Source: Promethearchaeati archaeon
GTDB taxonomy: Archaea > Asgardarchaeota > Heimdallarchaeia > JABLTI01
DNA: 39,748 bases
Reading direction: 5' to 3'
NCBI GenBank assembly: GCA_013166835.1
Contig: JABLTI010000036.1
Coordinates: forward strand, 1 to 39,748
The notes beneath the pieces were generated by a model. The model made no database searches. It worked only from the letters and a program-made list of their open reading frames with translations, and was not told where the DNA came from. Shown piece by piece: positions 27,782-37,468 of the stretch (position 1 is the first letter of the stretch; each line of letters opens with the position of its first letter). Made by a program: the position numbers and the translations under genes.

Positions 27782-28399
27782 TTATTTTGTTATCTTTATG
27801 CATTTTTCCAGAGCTTGTATTGGTTCAACAATTAATTTGAGTCTTTTAAGCTCGTCTTCTTCTACTATTTTTGCTTTCTTTGCAGATGCAATTGCTTGAT
27901 CAATGGTTGAATTTTTCGCAATTGCTATGACTATCATTACATCTCTCAAGCTGCTTGTTGAGACTTCATATGGAATTTCAGTCATGGTTTTATCTAATAA
28001 GGTTATGAGTTCAAGTAAGGAATTATAGTCAATCTTAGAGAAAAATACTCCTTCTTTTCTTTGACTTTCATATCCTTTATAATCTAAAATTTGTAACAGA
28101 GGTTTTATCGGGAACGTTTTCCCGGTAACTTTTGATAAGAATTCAATATCATAATTGTAAAACCCTTCATCATCAGGGTAAAGCATTCCATTTACAATCT
28201 GGTGAATTCTTTTAGTGATCTCAAGAGCGTCTTTCAATTTCTCTTTGGCACCTTCAAATCTAATAGTTACTCTCCCTGGATAATAATCTGCAAAGATATC
28301 AACTATCTTGATTTGCTTTTGAAGAGCTTCTAGGAACATAATTGCTTCATTTGTAGAGTGGATTTTCAAAACCATTTCTTTTGATGTCCAACGTGCCAA
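27782..28399 (-). CDS. DUF2067-like protein
   Basis: Lies between csl4 and rpoL as in other archaea; LYPD..G.Y.Y motif; TTG start after GAAGGTGA. Confidence 0.65.
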   Translation of the reverse strand: MARWTSKEMVLKIHSTNEAIMFLEALQKQIKIVDIFADYYPGRVTIRFEGAKEKLKDALEITKRIHQIVNGMLYPDDEGFYNYDIEFLSKVTGKTFPIKPLLQILDYKGYESQRKEGVFFSKIDYNSLLELITLLDKTMTEIPYEVSTSSLRDVMIVIAIAKNSTIDQAIASAKKAKIVEEDELKRLKLIVEPIQALEKCIKITK

Positions 28400-28435
28400 C
28401 TAAACTTTCACCTTCTAAAAAGTAATTTCGCGTTT

Positions 28436-29002
28436 TTATAATCTAGCTCTACCATAATCTTCTGCAACTTTTCTTGGTTCCACATTACTACAGTTATCAC
28501 ATTTGAGAGTTCCTCTTCTCAAATAATGGAGCTTTTCTCCACAAATACTGCAGAGACCATAAATTACACCGAATTCATTATAGGTGGTTGTAAATTGTAA
28601 CGGAATGGTGTGGGCATCTGTTATTTTCCCCCTAACAATGTCACCTTCTTTTATGGCATCAAACATGGAATCCAAATAAGCTCTTGTGCAATGAGAAATA
28701 TGCATAATTGCTGAATAAGATGGTTCAACACTTTGACCATTAATATATTTCACAGCAAGCGAGACCATGTGTTTGTTTACATGATCAGCTTGACCAATTA
28801 TTACATCATCCCTTTTTGGGATTAAGGGTTTTCTTACTTTTGGAAAAATACTTACAGTCCTTCTTCTTTTATCTAAGAATAAAGTTCCTGTAACTGTGGC
28901 ATAAATCATCCCTTCGGCTTCATATGTTCCTTCACCGGGTAATGCTTCTTCAATATTGCAAATTGTATCCCCTGGAAGAAGGAATTCGCCAGTACTTATC
29001 AT
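28436..29002 (-). CDS. csl4: Exosome complex RNA-binding protein Csl4
   Basis: LPGD..EE..PGEGTY, S1 domain, GVIYGLCSICG..CDNCSNVEPRK. Confidence 0.95.
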   Translation of the reverse strand: MISTGEFLLPGDTICNIEEALPGEGTYEAEGMIYATVTGTLFLDKRRRTVSIFPKVRKPLIPKRDDVIIGQADHVNKHMVSLAVKYINGQSVEPSYSAIMHISHCTRAYLDSMFDAIKEGDIVRGKITDAHTIPLQFTTTYNEFGVIYGLCSICGEKLHYLRRGTLKCDNCSNVEPRKVAEDYGRARL

Positions 29003-29280
29003 TTCTAATATTACCGTCCTTTCTTTTCTTCTTTAATTAAGACCAAAACTACTTACATTTAAATCTAGTTCTAAGGTTGAAATCTTCTTTGAAATGCTTC
29101 TTTTTCTTCTTCTTTTATAATTTAACCTGATGCAACTTTATTATTTTTCTTATCATTACAAAACAATTGGAAATGAATCATTTGGATTTTCAATTTTTAT
29201 GACTAAACATTATTTAAATCAGTACAAAAATAACTATTAATACATTTAACATAGTCTCACCAATAACGAAGGACCATAGA

Positions 29281-30894
29281 ATGTCGAGCTCTAAATTGAG
29301 AATTGCTGTAATTGATGCCACTGCTGCTGGAAAGGGGCGCAGAAGATTTACTCGAGATGCTATTGGTTGTGGTGTGAGAAGTGTTTGTGGCGTATTGGAG
29401 GAACATAATATTAAATCGAAAATCCTTTTGGCTGAGAACATAATTGACCAGGGGTTTCAAGAAAAATTTACTTCGTTATTCATTAGTGGTATGTCCATGG
29501 ATAAAGTTGCTATCAAAAAAATTGTTAAAATTTGGCGAAAAAATCATCAAGGCAAAATTGTTGTGGGAGGTCCTGTTACCTCAGAACTCGAGCAGTCGCT
29601 AAAAGAAATTAAAGCCGATCTAATAGTTATAGGGGAAGGAGAATTAACGTTAAAGGAATTAATTGATAGTAATTATCTTACAAGTGGTAAGATTTCAGAC
29701 ATCAAAGACATTAATGGTATTGGCTACATTAATCAACAAAATCAATTTGTTTTAACTGGTTTTCGGAAATATTCTTCCTCTGAAGAATTTAAAGCCTTTA
29801 AAGCATCAACAAAACGCATAACGGATTATCCGAATTACTTTTCTGCGAAGGTGTATGTTGAGTGTCTGAGGGGTTGTTCCAATTTTGGGGGAACAAGAAT
29901 ACAATTACCTGATGGACGGAAATGCAGTGAATGTGGTCTTTGTGATAGCGATTATCTCGAGGATAGAGCGAATTGTCCATCCGAAATTCCACCTGGATGT
30001 GGATTTTGTAGTGTTCCAAGTTTGTATGGACCATCAAGGAGTAAATCCGTTGAGCATATAGTTAATGAGATAGAAAAACTAGTGGCTTATAATGTGAAAA
30101 GAATTGTTTTGAGTGCTCCTGATTTTCTGGATTTTGGGAGAGATAAGCTGATTTCACCCAAACCATTGATAACCCCATCCTCTCCAAAAGCAAATTCCAA
30201 GAAGATCAAAGAATTGTTATCGAAAATACATTCTATTGAGAGAGTAACAAAAGGTCATGTATGGTTTGAAGTTGAGAATATTAAAGCTACACTCTTCACT
30301 GATGAATTAGCTAGAATTCTTTCCGAATATTTACCTAATTCACCATTTTCTATAGGATGTGAAACAGGTAGCGAAACACATGCAAAATTATTGGGTAGAC
30401 CGAGTGGTCCAAAAGATACTCTACGAGCGGTAAAAATTGCTCATAAATATGGCTTGAAAGCTCATGTTTACTTTATACATAGCTTACCGGGACAAACAAG
30501 AAAAACTGCGCAAGAAACAGCTGATTTCATTAACAAACTCGAACCATATATAGAAAAAGTAACGATTTATCGATTTCGTCCTCTACCTTTATCAGCCTTT
30601 GGTGATTTCCCAGAACCTCAGCCAGCCATCTATAATCTTGAAAGTAAAATCATTGTCGATGCTGCGAATCATGTTAATTTGATGAAAAAGAAGAATCTTG
30701 TGGGAGAAGTTGTTCGAGTAATCATTAGTGAACCAAATTATCGGGATGAAAAAGGAGCAATTGCTTATATTTTGGGTGGCGGACCAATGGTTGCGGTGGA
30801 AAACTCTCGAGAGAGAATAGGAGAGGTTGTTGAAGTCAAAATTTTAAGAGCTCTTTCAGAGAAATTAGTCTTAGGAACTATTTTTAATTCGTGA
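29281..30894 (+). CDS. B12-binding radical SAM protein with C-terminal TRAM-like domain
   Basis: VVGGP, IGEGE, RGCSN...GCGFC, IGCETGS, C-terminal GEVVEVKI. Confidence 0.85.
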   Translation: MSSSKLRIAVIDATAAGKGRRRFTRDAIGCGVRSVCGVLEEHNIKSKILLAENIIDQGFQEKFTSLFISGMSMDKVAIKKIVKIWRKNHQGKIVVGGPVTSELEQSLKEIKADLIVIGEGELTLKELIDSNYLTSGKISDIKDINGIGYINQQNQFVLTGFRKYSSSEEFKAFKASTKRITDYPNYFSAKVYVECLRGCSNFGGTRIQLPDGRKCSECGLCDSDYLEDRANCPSEIPPGCGFCSVPSLYGPSRSKSVEHIVNEIEKLVAYNVKRIVLSAPDFLDFGRDKLISPKPLITPSSPKANSKKIKELLSKIHSIERVTKGHVWFEVENIKATLFTDELARILSEYLPNSPFSIGCETGSETHAKLLGRPSGPKDTLRAVKIAHKYGLKAHVYFIHSLPGQTRKTAQETADFINKLEPYIEKVTIYRFRPLPLSAFGDFPEPQPAIYNLESKIIVDAANHVNLMKKKNLVGEVVRVIISEPNYRDEKGAIAYILGGGPMVAVENSRERIGEVVEVKILRALSEKLVLGTIFNS

Positions 30895-31064
30895 AACTGT
30901 GTGAAATATGCATTTAAGTACTGATTTGTATAACTAAACAGTAATACGAAATTTTTAAAATGTATACTGAAGAAATTATCGAAAGGTAATTGCCAAGAAT
31001 AAAAAGAAAATCTACTGGAAATTTAATAAAGAGGACAAACTGTTTAAGAAAGGAGGATAAAAAA

Positions 31065-31811
31065 ATGACTCTTAAAATGGTTTTAGCTGATGCAAAAATT
31101 TGGAAGAACATTATTGAATCACTTACATTATTGGATGAAGCTAACTTTATTGCCTCGGATAGAGGTATTGAATTACGTGCAATGGATCCAAGTAGGGTTG
31201 CGATGGTCGATTTCTTCTTACCTGCAAGTGCTTTTGAGGAATACGAATGCTCAGAAGTAACTCGTTTAGGTATTAATCTTGATGAAATGACCCAAATTAT
31301 GAGAAGAGCAGGAACTTCCGATACACTACAAATGGAATTAGAAGGAACTGCAAAACTTGTGATGACTTTTACGGGACAAAATGTCAGAAGCTTTGGTATT
31401 AGTTTACTCGACCTTGGTGAGAGCGAGTATCCTGCACCAACAATTGATAGTAAAGCCAAAATAAAGCTCACAGCAGATGCTTTACAACAAGCTGTGAAAG
31501 ATGCAGAAATTATTGGTGATCACATACGAATCGTTGCTGAAGATCATGGAATTACTTTATCAGCTTCAAGTGAAACAAAAGATGTCAAGATCTCTATAGA
31601 AAAAGACAGTGATGTAATTGCAGAATTCAATGTAAGAGAAGAATCAAGTGCGATGTATTCACTTAGTTATTTGAGTGAAATGACTAAAGCAATTAAGGCA
31701 AGCGAATTAGTCATGCTAGCTTTCTCAGCAAGTATGCCAATTCAATTGGAATTCCCAATAGTTGCTGGAGGAAAACTTACATATTATCTTGCTCCAAGAA
31801 TTGAAACTTAA
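31065..31811 (+). CDS. pcn: PCNA sliding clamp
   Basis: RAMDPSRVAMVD, YSLSYL, YYLAPRIE; AGGAGG SD before ATG 31065. Confidence 0.97.
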   Translation: MTLKMVLADAKIWKNIIESLTLLDEANFIASDRGIELRAMDPSRVAMVDFFLPASAFEEYECSEVTRLGINLDEMTQIMRRAGTSDTLQMELEGTAKLVMTFTGQNVRSFGISLLDLGESEYPAPTIDSKAKIKLTADALQQAVKDAEIIGDHIRIVAEDHGITLSASSETKDVKISIEKDSDVIAEFNVREESSAMYSLSYLSEMTKAIKASELVMLAFSASMPIQLEFPIVAGGKLTYYLAPRIET

Positions 31812-31990
31812 TTCAAAATTCTTGGCATTTTATTATTCACCCTCTTCCTTCTTTCATTATTGGATCTTTAATTCAAGGAGTTGGGTAATAACAATATACT
31901 TTAGTGAGGAATCAAAGAAAATTCATAATAGAAAATGAATAGAATTGTTAGCACTTTGCGCACCTAGTAAGCAAGGAAGATGTTTAATTT

Positions 31991-32593
31991 ATGGTTAAGG
32001 ATGATCATTACAAACAAATTTTTCAACTCTGGAGAAGTGAAAGAAAAACCAGCAAACTACTTGAAGTAAAAGGTAGTCTCTATTCTGCTATTCGACAAAG
32101 AATTTCCACTCTCGAGAAAGAATTAGAGAGCATTGATTCCAAAGATGTTGTTTCAACTAAAATTATATCTGAGAGGATAGAGAGATTAAAGAGAATTATT
32201 CATGATTTAACAAAGATTCGGAAGCATAAAATCATTCATGGATTAATTAATGAAGATTTAAATAAGGGAGGATTAGCAGCGGAAGAGATGGATTTAGTGA
32301 AGAATCTCGAGAAAATCTTTGAAAATCACAAGAAGAGAAGTGTATTTGGAGAAGCAAGTTTAGAGATTAGCAAAGAAATTGATTCAATTGCAAGTCAAGA
32401 AAACGATGCTGAACTAATGACAGTTCGAATTTTGAAGGATATTCCGGAAATAATAGCTACAACAGCTCAAGATAAAGTAAAACAATCAATTGGTCCTTTC
32501 AAAAAAGAGGATATAGTACAGATACCTTTAGTGTATGCAAAAACATTAATTATGAAAAATGCTGCAGATAGGGTCGATCTCCCTGATTTATGA
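31991..32593 (+). CDS. gins15: GINS complex subunit Gins15/Gins51
   Basis: Downstream of PCNA; ER...L, KIRKHKI, B-domain VRILKDIPEI..GPFKKEDIVQIP..AKTLI. Confidence 0.85.
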   Translation: MVKDDHYKQIFQLWRSERKTSKLLEVKGSLYSAIRQRISTLEKELESIDSKDVVSTKIISERIERLKRIIHDLTKIRKHKIIHGLINEDLNKGGLAAEEMDLVKNLEKIFENHKKRSVFGEASLEISKEIDSIASQENDAELMTVRILKDIPEIIATTAQDKVKQSIGPFKKEDIVQIPLVYAKTLIMKNAADRVDLPDL

Positions 32594-32627
32594 TCTTGGG
32601 CTTTTTTTCAATTTATTTTTAAAAACA

Positions 32628-32825
32628 TTATTCCTTTTTGTCAGGATCGATAACTTTGCCACGTATTTTGCATTTCCCACCAGCAGGTGTAGCTAAAATA
32701 CAATTACAAACTAAGCATCTGACTTCTGTGGAAGAATGACTAAAAACTTTCTGAACTTTATTACAATCTGGGCATTCGACTTGTAGGAATTCTGATTTTG
32801 GTCTCTGGATAAGTGGTTTAGACAA
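32628..32825 (-). CDS. rps27e: 30S ribosomal protein S27e
   Basis: PKSEFLQVECPDC..FSHSSTEVRCLVC..PAGGK; TTG start. Confidence 0.95.
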   Translation of the reverse strand: MSKPLIQRPKSEFLQVECPDCNKVQKVFSHSSTEVRCLVCNCILATPAGGKCKIRGKVIDPDKKE

Positions 32826-32955
32826 TGATTTAACATTCTCCTAAGCTTTTTCTAGTATTACTTTGACTGACAATTTGTTGTGCATTTAAAACTTACTACA
32901 AGTCACTTTTATTAGGGAAGACTTGTTCATCTAAGAAATTTTAAATCATTATGTG

Positions 32956-33597
32956 TTATTTGAGAACGTATCCACAATTAGAGCAAAATTCCCAATCAGG
33001 TTTAAGGGGAGTATCACATATTGGACAAAATCCTTTAGCCATTTTATCTTCAATTCGTTTCATTTCTTTGGTTTTTATTTCTCTTGTAGCGGGTATTTTC
33101 TTGTTTATAACATATTCATGTTCAATCATAAAATCGAGGTCTTCCAATATTATTTCAATGATTCTTTCCTTCGGAAGTGATGTTATATTACTAATATACA
33201 TTATACTGGTTTTATGCCTTTTACTTATCAAATCTATGACTTTGACTTTTTCCTTTTCTAATGACAGAGAGCCTTTTTCCGTTAAACCTTCTGTTTTTTT
33301 GGATCGCTTGGTTCTAACTTTATAATCATCCAAAGCCTTCTTTGTTTTTTCCTCATCATGCTCAAAATCAGCCTTAAACTCAATAACCTCTGGTTCTGAA
33401 GCTTCAGAACAACAACTTAAGAACGATAGAAATCCATCGAGAGCATCTGAGAGAAAAAACACTCCCGGAATACCATTATAGTTTTTCTTCAATTTTCTTA
33501 ATCGTTTAAAGAATCTTATTTGTGCAAGTAAAAATAAAGTCAATAAGAAAGTTACTGCTGCTATTATTGCTTCTTTCATCGAGACATTCTCCCTCAA
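32956..33597 (-). CDS. Membrane-anchored protein with wHTH-like domain and C-terminal Zn ribbon (paralog A)
   Basis: N-terminal TM; CPIC..CSNCGYVLK. Confidence 0.7.
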   Translation of the reverse strand: MRENVSMKEAIIAAVTFLLTLFLLAQIRFFKRLRKLKKNYNGIPGVFFLSDALDGFLSFLSCCSEASEPEVIEFKADFEHDEEKTKKALDDYKVRTKRSKKTEGLTEKGSLSLEKEKVKVIDLISKRHKTSIMYISNITSLPKERIIEIILEDLDFMIEHEYVINKKIPATREIKTKEMKRIEDKMAKGFCPICDTPLKPDWEFCSNCGYVLK

Positions 33598-33693
33598 TGA
33601 AAATAATAATCAATATTCTTTAAAAGAATTATCAAAATACAAATCACGAAAAATGGAAAACGATTCTTTGAAATTATTTTGGAAGAATTTTAC

Positions 33694-34392
33694 TTATTTG
33701 AGAACAAAACCACAATTGGAACAATATTCCCTATTTGGCTCAAAGAAATTACTGCATATTGGACAAATTCCTTGGGCTAATTTTTCTTCTCTTTCCCTCA
33801 ATTCTTGAGCACTTACCCTTCTTTCATCAGGCATCGTTGATTCGCTTTTTGCAAGCATTTTCTGGATTAACACATAATCATCTTTAATAATAAAATTCGG
33901 ATCTTCTATAAGAATTTCAATCACACTATCAATAGGGATCATAGTAATAGTACTTATCCACTCTAAGCTAGTTTTTTCCTTATTACTCAATAATTCTTTG
34001 ATTTTTCTTTTCTGTCCGTCTTTTGACTGAAAATCTATTGTTCTTAACTCATCAGCTTTTCTAATTTGCTGAATCTTTGATTCTGTTGCTTTTTCTTCGT
34101 TCAAAGTTTTCTCTCTTGTTTGTAAAATTTCTCGTTCATCTGTACGTTGTTTAGGCATAACGTATTGTGATTTTTCGTACGGATCAACACCAGCATCTTT
34201 GTATCGATAATCCCTATGAGCTCGTATTTCTATAGGTAGAGAATCTTTCTGAGTGCCTTTTTTCATCAAGAAAACATCTCCTTGCCTTTCTCTTTTAAGT
34301 CTTCGAACAAATAGGAATATAAAACCAACTAATATCAAGATACCAATAAAAATCGCTATTCCAGCCATTATCCAACTAAATAAGCTCGCCAA
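33694..34392 (-). CDS. Membrane-anchored protein with wHTH-like domain and C-terminal Zn ribbon (paralog B)
   Basis: N-terminal TM; CPIC..CSNCGFVLK; TTG start after GAGGA. Confidence 0.7.
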   Translation of the reverse strand: MASLFSWIMAGIAIFIGILILVGFIFLFVRRLKRERQGDVFLMKKGTQKDSLPIEIRAHRDYRYKDAGVDPYEKSQYVMPKQRTDEREILQTREKTLNEEKATESKIQQIRKADELRTIDFQSKDGQKRKIKELLSNKEKTSLEWISTITMIPIDSVIEILIEDPNFIIKDDYVLIQKMLAKSESTMPDERRVSAQELREREEKLAQGICPICSNFFEPNREYCSNCGFVLK

Positions 34393-34607
34393 TCAAATCC
34401 TCAATATATAATTTATTAGAACGACTATTTATAACTTTATAATCCAAATGGTTATGGTTTGTATAGAAAATATTCAAAACACAAGTCACAAAAAATATTA
34501 AATAGAGAAAGATTTCGTCCTTGAATTACGTAAAACATTTTGTCACCATAGACCTGTGCGCAGCAATTCAAGCAGAAAATTAAGGAAAGAAAAAAGAGTA
34601 AGTGATT

Positions 34608-35216
34608 CTATTTCACTTTTATAAGCAAATCGTCTATGAAATGGCTAATTTCAGTTTCCCAAACAACGGACATTCCTACAGCAATCCATAGTATACCATC
34701 TGTATCGGTTCTAACTATCAGTGTTCTATTGTATTCTTTCCATTCTAGAGCTTGTTCACCACTTCCTAATAATCCTTCAATAAGATCTGCTTCTACTTCT
34801 GGATTAGTGGTGTTACAATATCCTACTACTTGGGTGATGATGTTGAAACTTTCAGCGCCACAATAGAATTGGAATGAAATAGTAACTCTGTATTGTTTAT
34901 TTGCTTTTAATGCAAACGATTTTTCTATCCATATTACTCCATCATCTTGTCTTCCGTCTATGAAAAGTTTTAATGAATGTGTTCCAGAGGTAGCTCTACT
35001 GGCGTTTTCTACTCTTGTAACAGACCAATTAACTTCATGTCCTGGATTATTTGGATCCATGGGCACATCTCTGTCTATTACCCAATCCCCCAATCCTAAC
35101 TCAAAATCTTGGAATTCACTAAGTTCATTTGTTAGAAGAAAATAAGCAGTTAATCCCCCACTTACTCCAATAACAACTGTAACAATCACAATTGCCCCAA
35201 TAATTGTTTTTTTCAT
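34608..35216 (-). CDS. Membrane-anchored/secreted beta-sandwich protein (carbohydrate-binding-module-like)
   Basis: N-terminal signal anchor; DFE.G..DW, SGTHSL, FIDDL motifs; AAGGTG SD. Confidence 0.6.
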   Translation of the reverse strand: MKKTIIGAIVIVTVVIGVSGGLTAYFLLTNELSEFQDFELGLGDWVIDRDVPMDPNNPGHEVNWSVTRVENASRATSGTHSLKLFIDGRQDDGVIWIEKSFALKANKQYRVTISFQFYCGAESFNIITQVVGYCNTTNPEVEADLIEGLLGSGEQALEWKEYNRTLIVRTDTDGILWIAVGMSVVWETEISHFIDDLLIKVK

Positions 35217-35399
35217 ATTTTTACACCTTGATTAGTTCCCAACATATTATTATAATACGACATATTTAATGTTATAGTTTAGAACGCTTGTGGATTGAAT
35301 TACAATTGTATGTACTACTTTTTAGAACAAATTTTTCATAACACAAATTATTCAACTAATTCCCATAAAGGGGCTTGGCTTCGGTATTGAACGCAAAGT

Positions 35400-35416
35400 T
35401 AAAAAATACTATAAGC
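35400..35416 (+). promoter_or_regulatory. Probable BRE/TATA promoter of tRNA-Arg
   Basis: AAAAAA-TACTATAAG about 20-35 nt upstream of the tRNA 5' end. Confidence 0.45.
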
Positions 35417-35435
35417 AAATTTGGAGTCTAATGAT

Positions 35436-35542
35436 AGGCCTGTGGCGCAGTCTGGATAGCGCGTTCGGCTTCGGTTAGAGGTCGGACATGATCTTTAGGA
35501 GACACCGAAAGGTCGGCGGTTCGAATCCGTTCAGGCCTGCCA
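35436..35542 (+). tRNA. tRNA-Arg(TCG) with a canonical 29-nt 37/38 intron (35475-35503), encoded CCA
   Basis: AGGCCTG/CAGGCCT acceptor; TTCGG-CTTCGG|A-CCGAA anticodon arm; BHB with CTTC/GGAG central helix and TAGAGGTC/GATCTTTA intron stem. Confidence 0.95.
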
Positions 35543-35614
35543 CTTCTTTCAATACTGAAAACTTCTTATATCGTGAGTAATTACTTATTATCATTATATT
35601 TTAAGGTGAAACAA

Positions 35615-35734
35615 ATGGCTTTAGTATGGTGGGCTTGGGTACTCATTTCCTTAGCGATTCTCGTTGGAACCATAGGTATATGTGTTATTGGTTATTTCAT
35701 TTTCCTCGCAGCTACTGCTGATTCGCGGAAATGA
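35615..35734 (+). CDS. 39-aa single-pass membrane microprotein (not in the ORF track)
   Basis: AAGGTGA SD, then ATG; MALVWWAWVLISLAILVGTIGICVIGYFIFLAATADSRK*. Confidence 0.65.
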   Translation: MALVWWAWVLISLAILVGTIGICVIGYFIFLAATADSRK

Positions 35735-35781
35735 TTAATAGAATTCACTAATGTTTGAACCCCTCAAGAAAACAGTTAGTT

Positions 35782-35800
35782 GCACCACTCTTTGTGGTGC
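35782..35800. other. GC-rich hairpin between convergent genes
   Basis: GCACCAC-TCTTT-GTGGTGC perfect 7-bp stem. Confidence 0.4.
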
Positions 35801-35813
35801 TCATCTTTCTCTT

Positions 35814-37412
35814 TTATTTGGCAATTATTTTTTCAATAGTTTTGTTTACTTCTTCAGCTATTGTTTTTCTTTCTTTGCTTGTTGATTTTCCAAGACCAAT
35901 TTCTGAGAAGACTTTTGTATATCTCCCTGTTCCACTTGGTCTAATACTCACTATCAGCATGTTTTCTTTCTTATCTTTTAGAATGAGGTTTTGGCCATCC
36001 ATTGTCGAGTGGTAAACTACTTGGAATTTTTCATTGAAATACTTGTTAATTTCCTCTGTAGACTTTAACACTTTCTGAAGTCTTTGTGGATAATCTAGTT
36101 TCACCATATCTATTTGTGTTCTTACAACATCTACGGATGGATATTTCGGTAATTGGCTATTGTTTGTGAACCAGTTCATCAACCAAAGTGCTTGTTGAAA
36201 AGGTGACTTCATACAAATCGGATGCGTTTTGTTAAAGAAAATATTAGTGTAATCTGCTCCAGATATTCGGTTCATGTCTGGATCTCTTGTGAGTAATTCG
36301 GTTACACCTAAGAAGAACGCTGGTTCTCCTTGGGCTGTTGCATACACCTTTTTCGTTATCTCAGCTAATGCTGAAAGCATAATTAATGAAATTCTTTCCT
36401 GGACAAGAATATAGGCATCGGATTTTCTGCTTTTTGATTCAGCAATTAATCCTGTTGTGAATGATTCTTCCTGATTATCTACAATTGTTTCTTGACCAGT
36501 CCCAGGAATTTTTAAGAGGAATGTTCTATCAGCATCTCCGTCATGATTAAAAACAGCTTTTGATTGTTTCATATACTTCTTTGTTAGGTCTCCCCATATC
36601 TCTCTTGGATCCCTATCAGGTGCTATAGGATTTAAAACATCGTTGTGAAGAATTATATCCGCATTCATTTCGCTTTTAATTAATTCCCAAACAGGTCCTG
36701 CCATACTGTGTCTACAATCAACTATGTATTCTCCTTCAATTTTCTTTAAAGGAACTACTTTTTTTATGGAAGTGAAGAATTCTTCGCGCAAAGCAGAGGT
36801 TTCTATTTTATCGTGTTGCCCTATTTCTTTGGGGTGAACCATAGCAGTATCTTTTATTGCTTCTTCTACTACAGGAGCAAGTGTTCTAGGTAAGAATCCA
36901 TAGATCTTCTCTGATTCAAGATTTGATGGGCATGCTATTTTGGCTCCATTCTTTTCAAGTAATTGAAAGGCATTTTTCGCATTAATTACTAATTTCAAAC
37001 CAATATATTGCTGAGGACTATGACTTCTCCCAAAGAAACATCCTGGTACCTTTAGTTGATAACAAGCAAACATGAATTCGGGAACGGTTACGGGTCCATC
37101 TAGTTCTTTAATTGAGAGCCCACAGCGTCTTAAATACTCTCGAGCACTTACAGAAATGGATTGATGAACCCTACTTCCATCATAGCCGATTAAGATTTCA
37201 CTCTCAAGAGTTTTAGCGAATGCTGCTGCATACTTTTCAAAGAAATCCACATTATAGGCTGAAAATAAATCCCTTGGTCCATTTGTTCCTGTTTTCTGTG
37301 CTAGTTTTATATTAAAGTTGTATTCAGGAACAGTCATTGGATTTGATGTACTTAATTTTAGAGGTTCTAGTTTTGGGAGTGTCAAATATTTCACCAATTG
37401 TTTCTTAATCAA
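35814..37412 (-). CDS. Divergent alpha-D-phosphohexomutase family protein (PGM/PMM-like)
   Basis: IGYD, RSHSP..YIGLK, DGDADR metal loop, IRPSGT. Confidence 0.75.
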   Translation of the reverse strand: MIKKQLVKYLTLPKLEPLKLSTSNPMTVPEYNFNIKLAQKTGTNGPRDLFSAYNVDFFEKYAAAFAKTLESEILIGYDGSRVHQSISVSAREYLRRCGLSIKELDGPVTVPEFMFACYQLKVPGCFFGRSHSPQQYIGLKLVINAKNAFQLLEKNGAKIACPSNLESEKIYGFLPRTLAPVVEEAIKDTAMVHPKEIGQHDKIETSALREEFFTSIKKVVPLKKIEGEYIVDCRHSMAGPVWELIKSEMNADIILHNDVLNPIAPDRDPREIWGDLTKKYMKQSKAVFNHDGDADRTFLLKIPGTGQETIVDNQEESFTTGLIAESKSRKSDAYILVQERISLIMLSALAEITKKVYATAQGEPAFFLGVTELLTRDPDMNRISGADYTNIFFNKTHPICMKSPFQQALWLMNWFTNNSQLPKYPSVDVVRTQIDMVKLDYPQRLQKVLKSTEEINKYFNEKFQVVYHSTMDGQNLILKDKKENMLIVSIRPSGTGRYTKVFSEIGLGKSTSKERKTIAEEVNKTIEKIIAK

Positions 37413-37468
37413 ATCAGAACATTAATCAATATATTAATTTCTTCTCAATTAATTGTGTCGGTGATCCT

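Noticed and set aside
30990-31064. N-terminal extension of PCNA (and a similar one for the Fe-S gene at 2924-2968)
   Set aside because: A downstream ATG gives the typical length; for PCNA it has a clear AGGAGG SD
30914-31471. 185-aa minus-strand ORF
   Set aside because: Antisense to PCNA
6939-35542. tRNA genes as integration sites for a mobile element
   Set aside because: No integrase or transposase, and no duplicated tRNA 3' end found in the window
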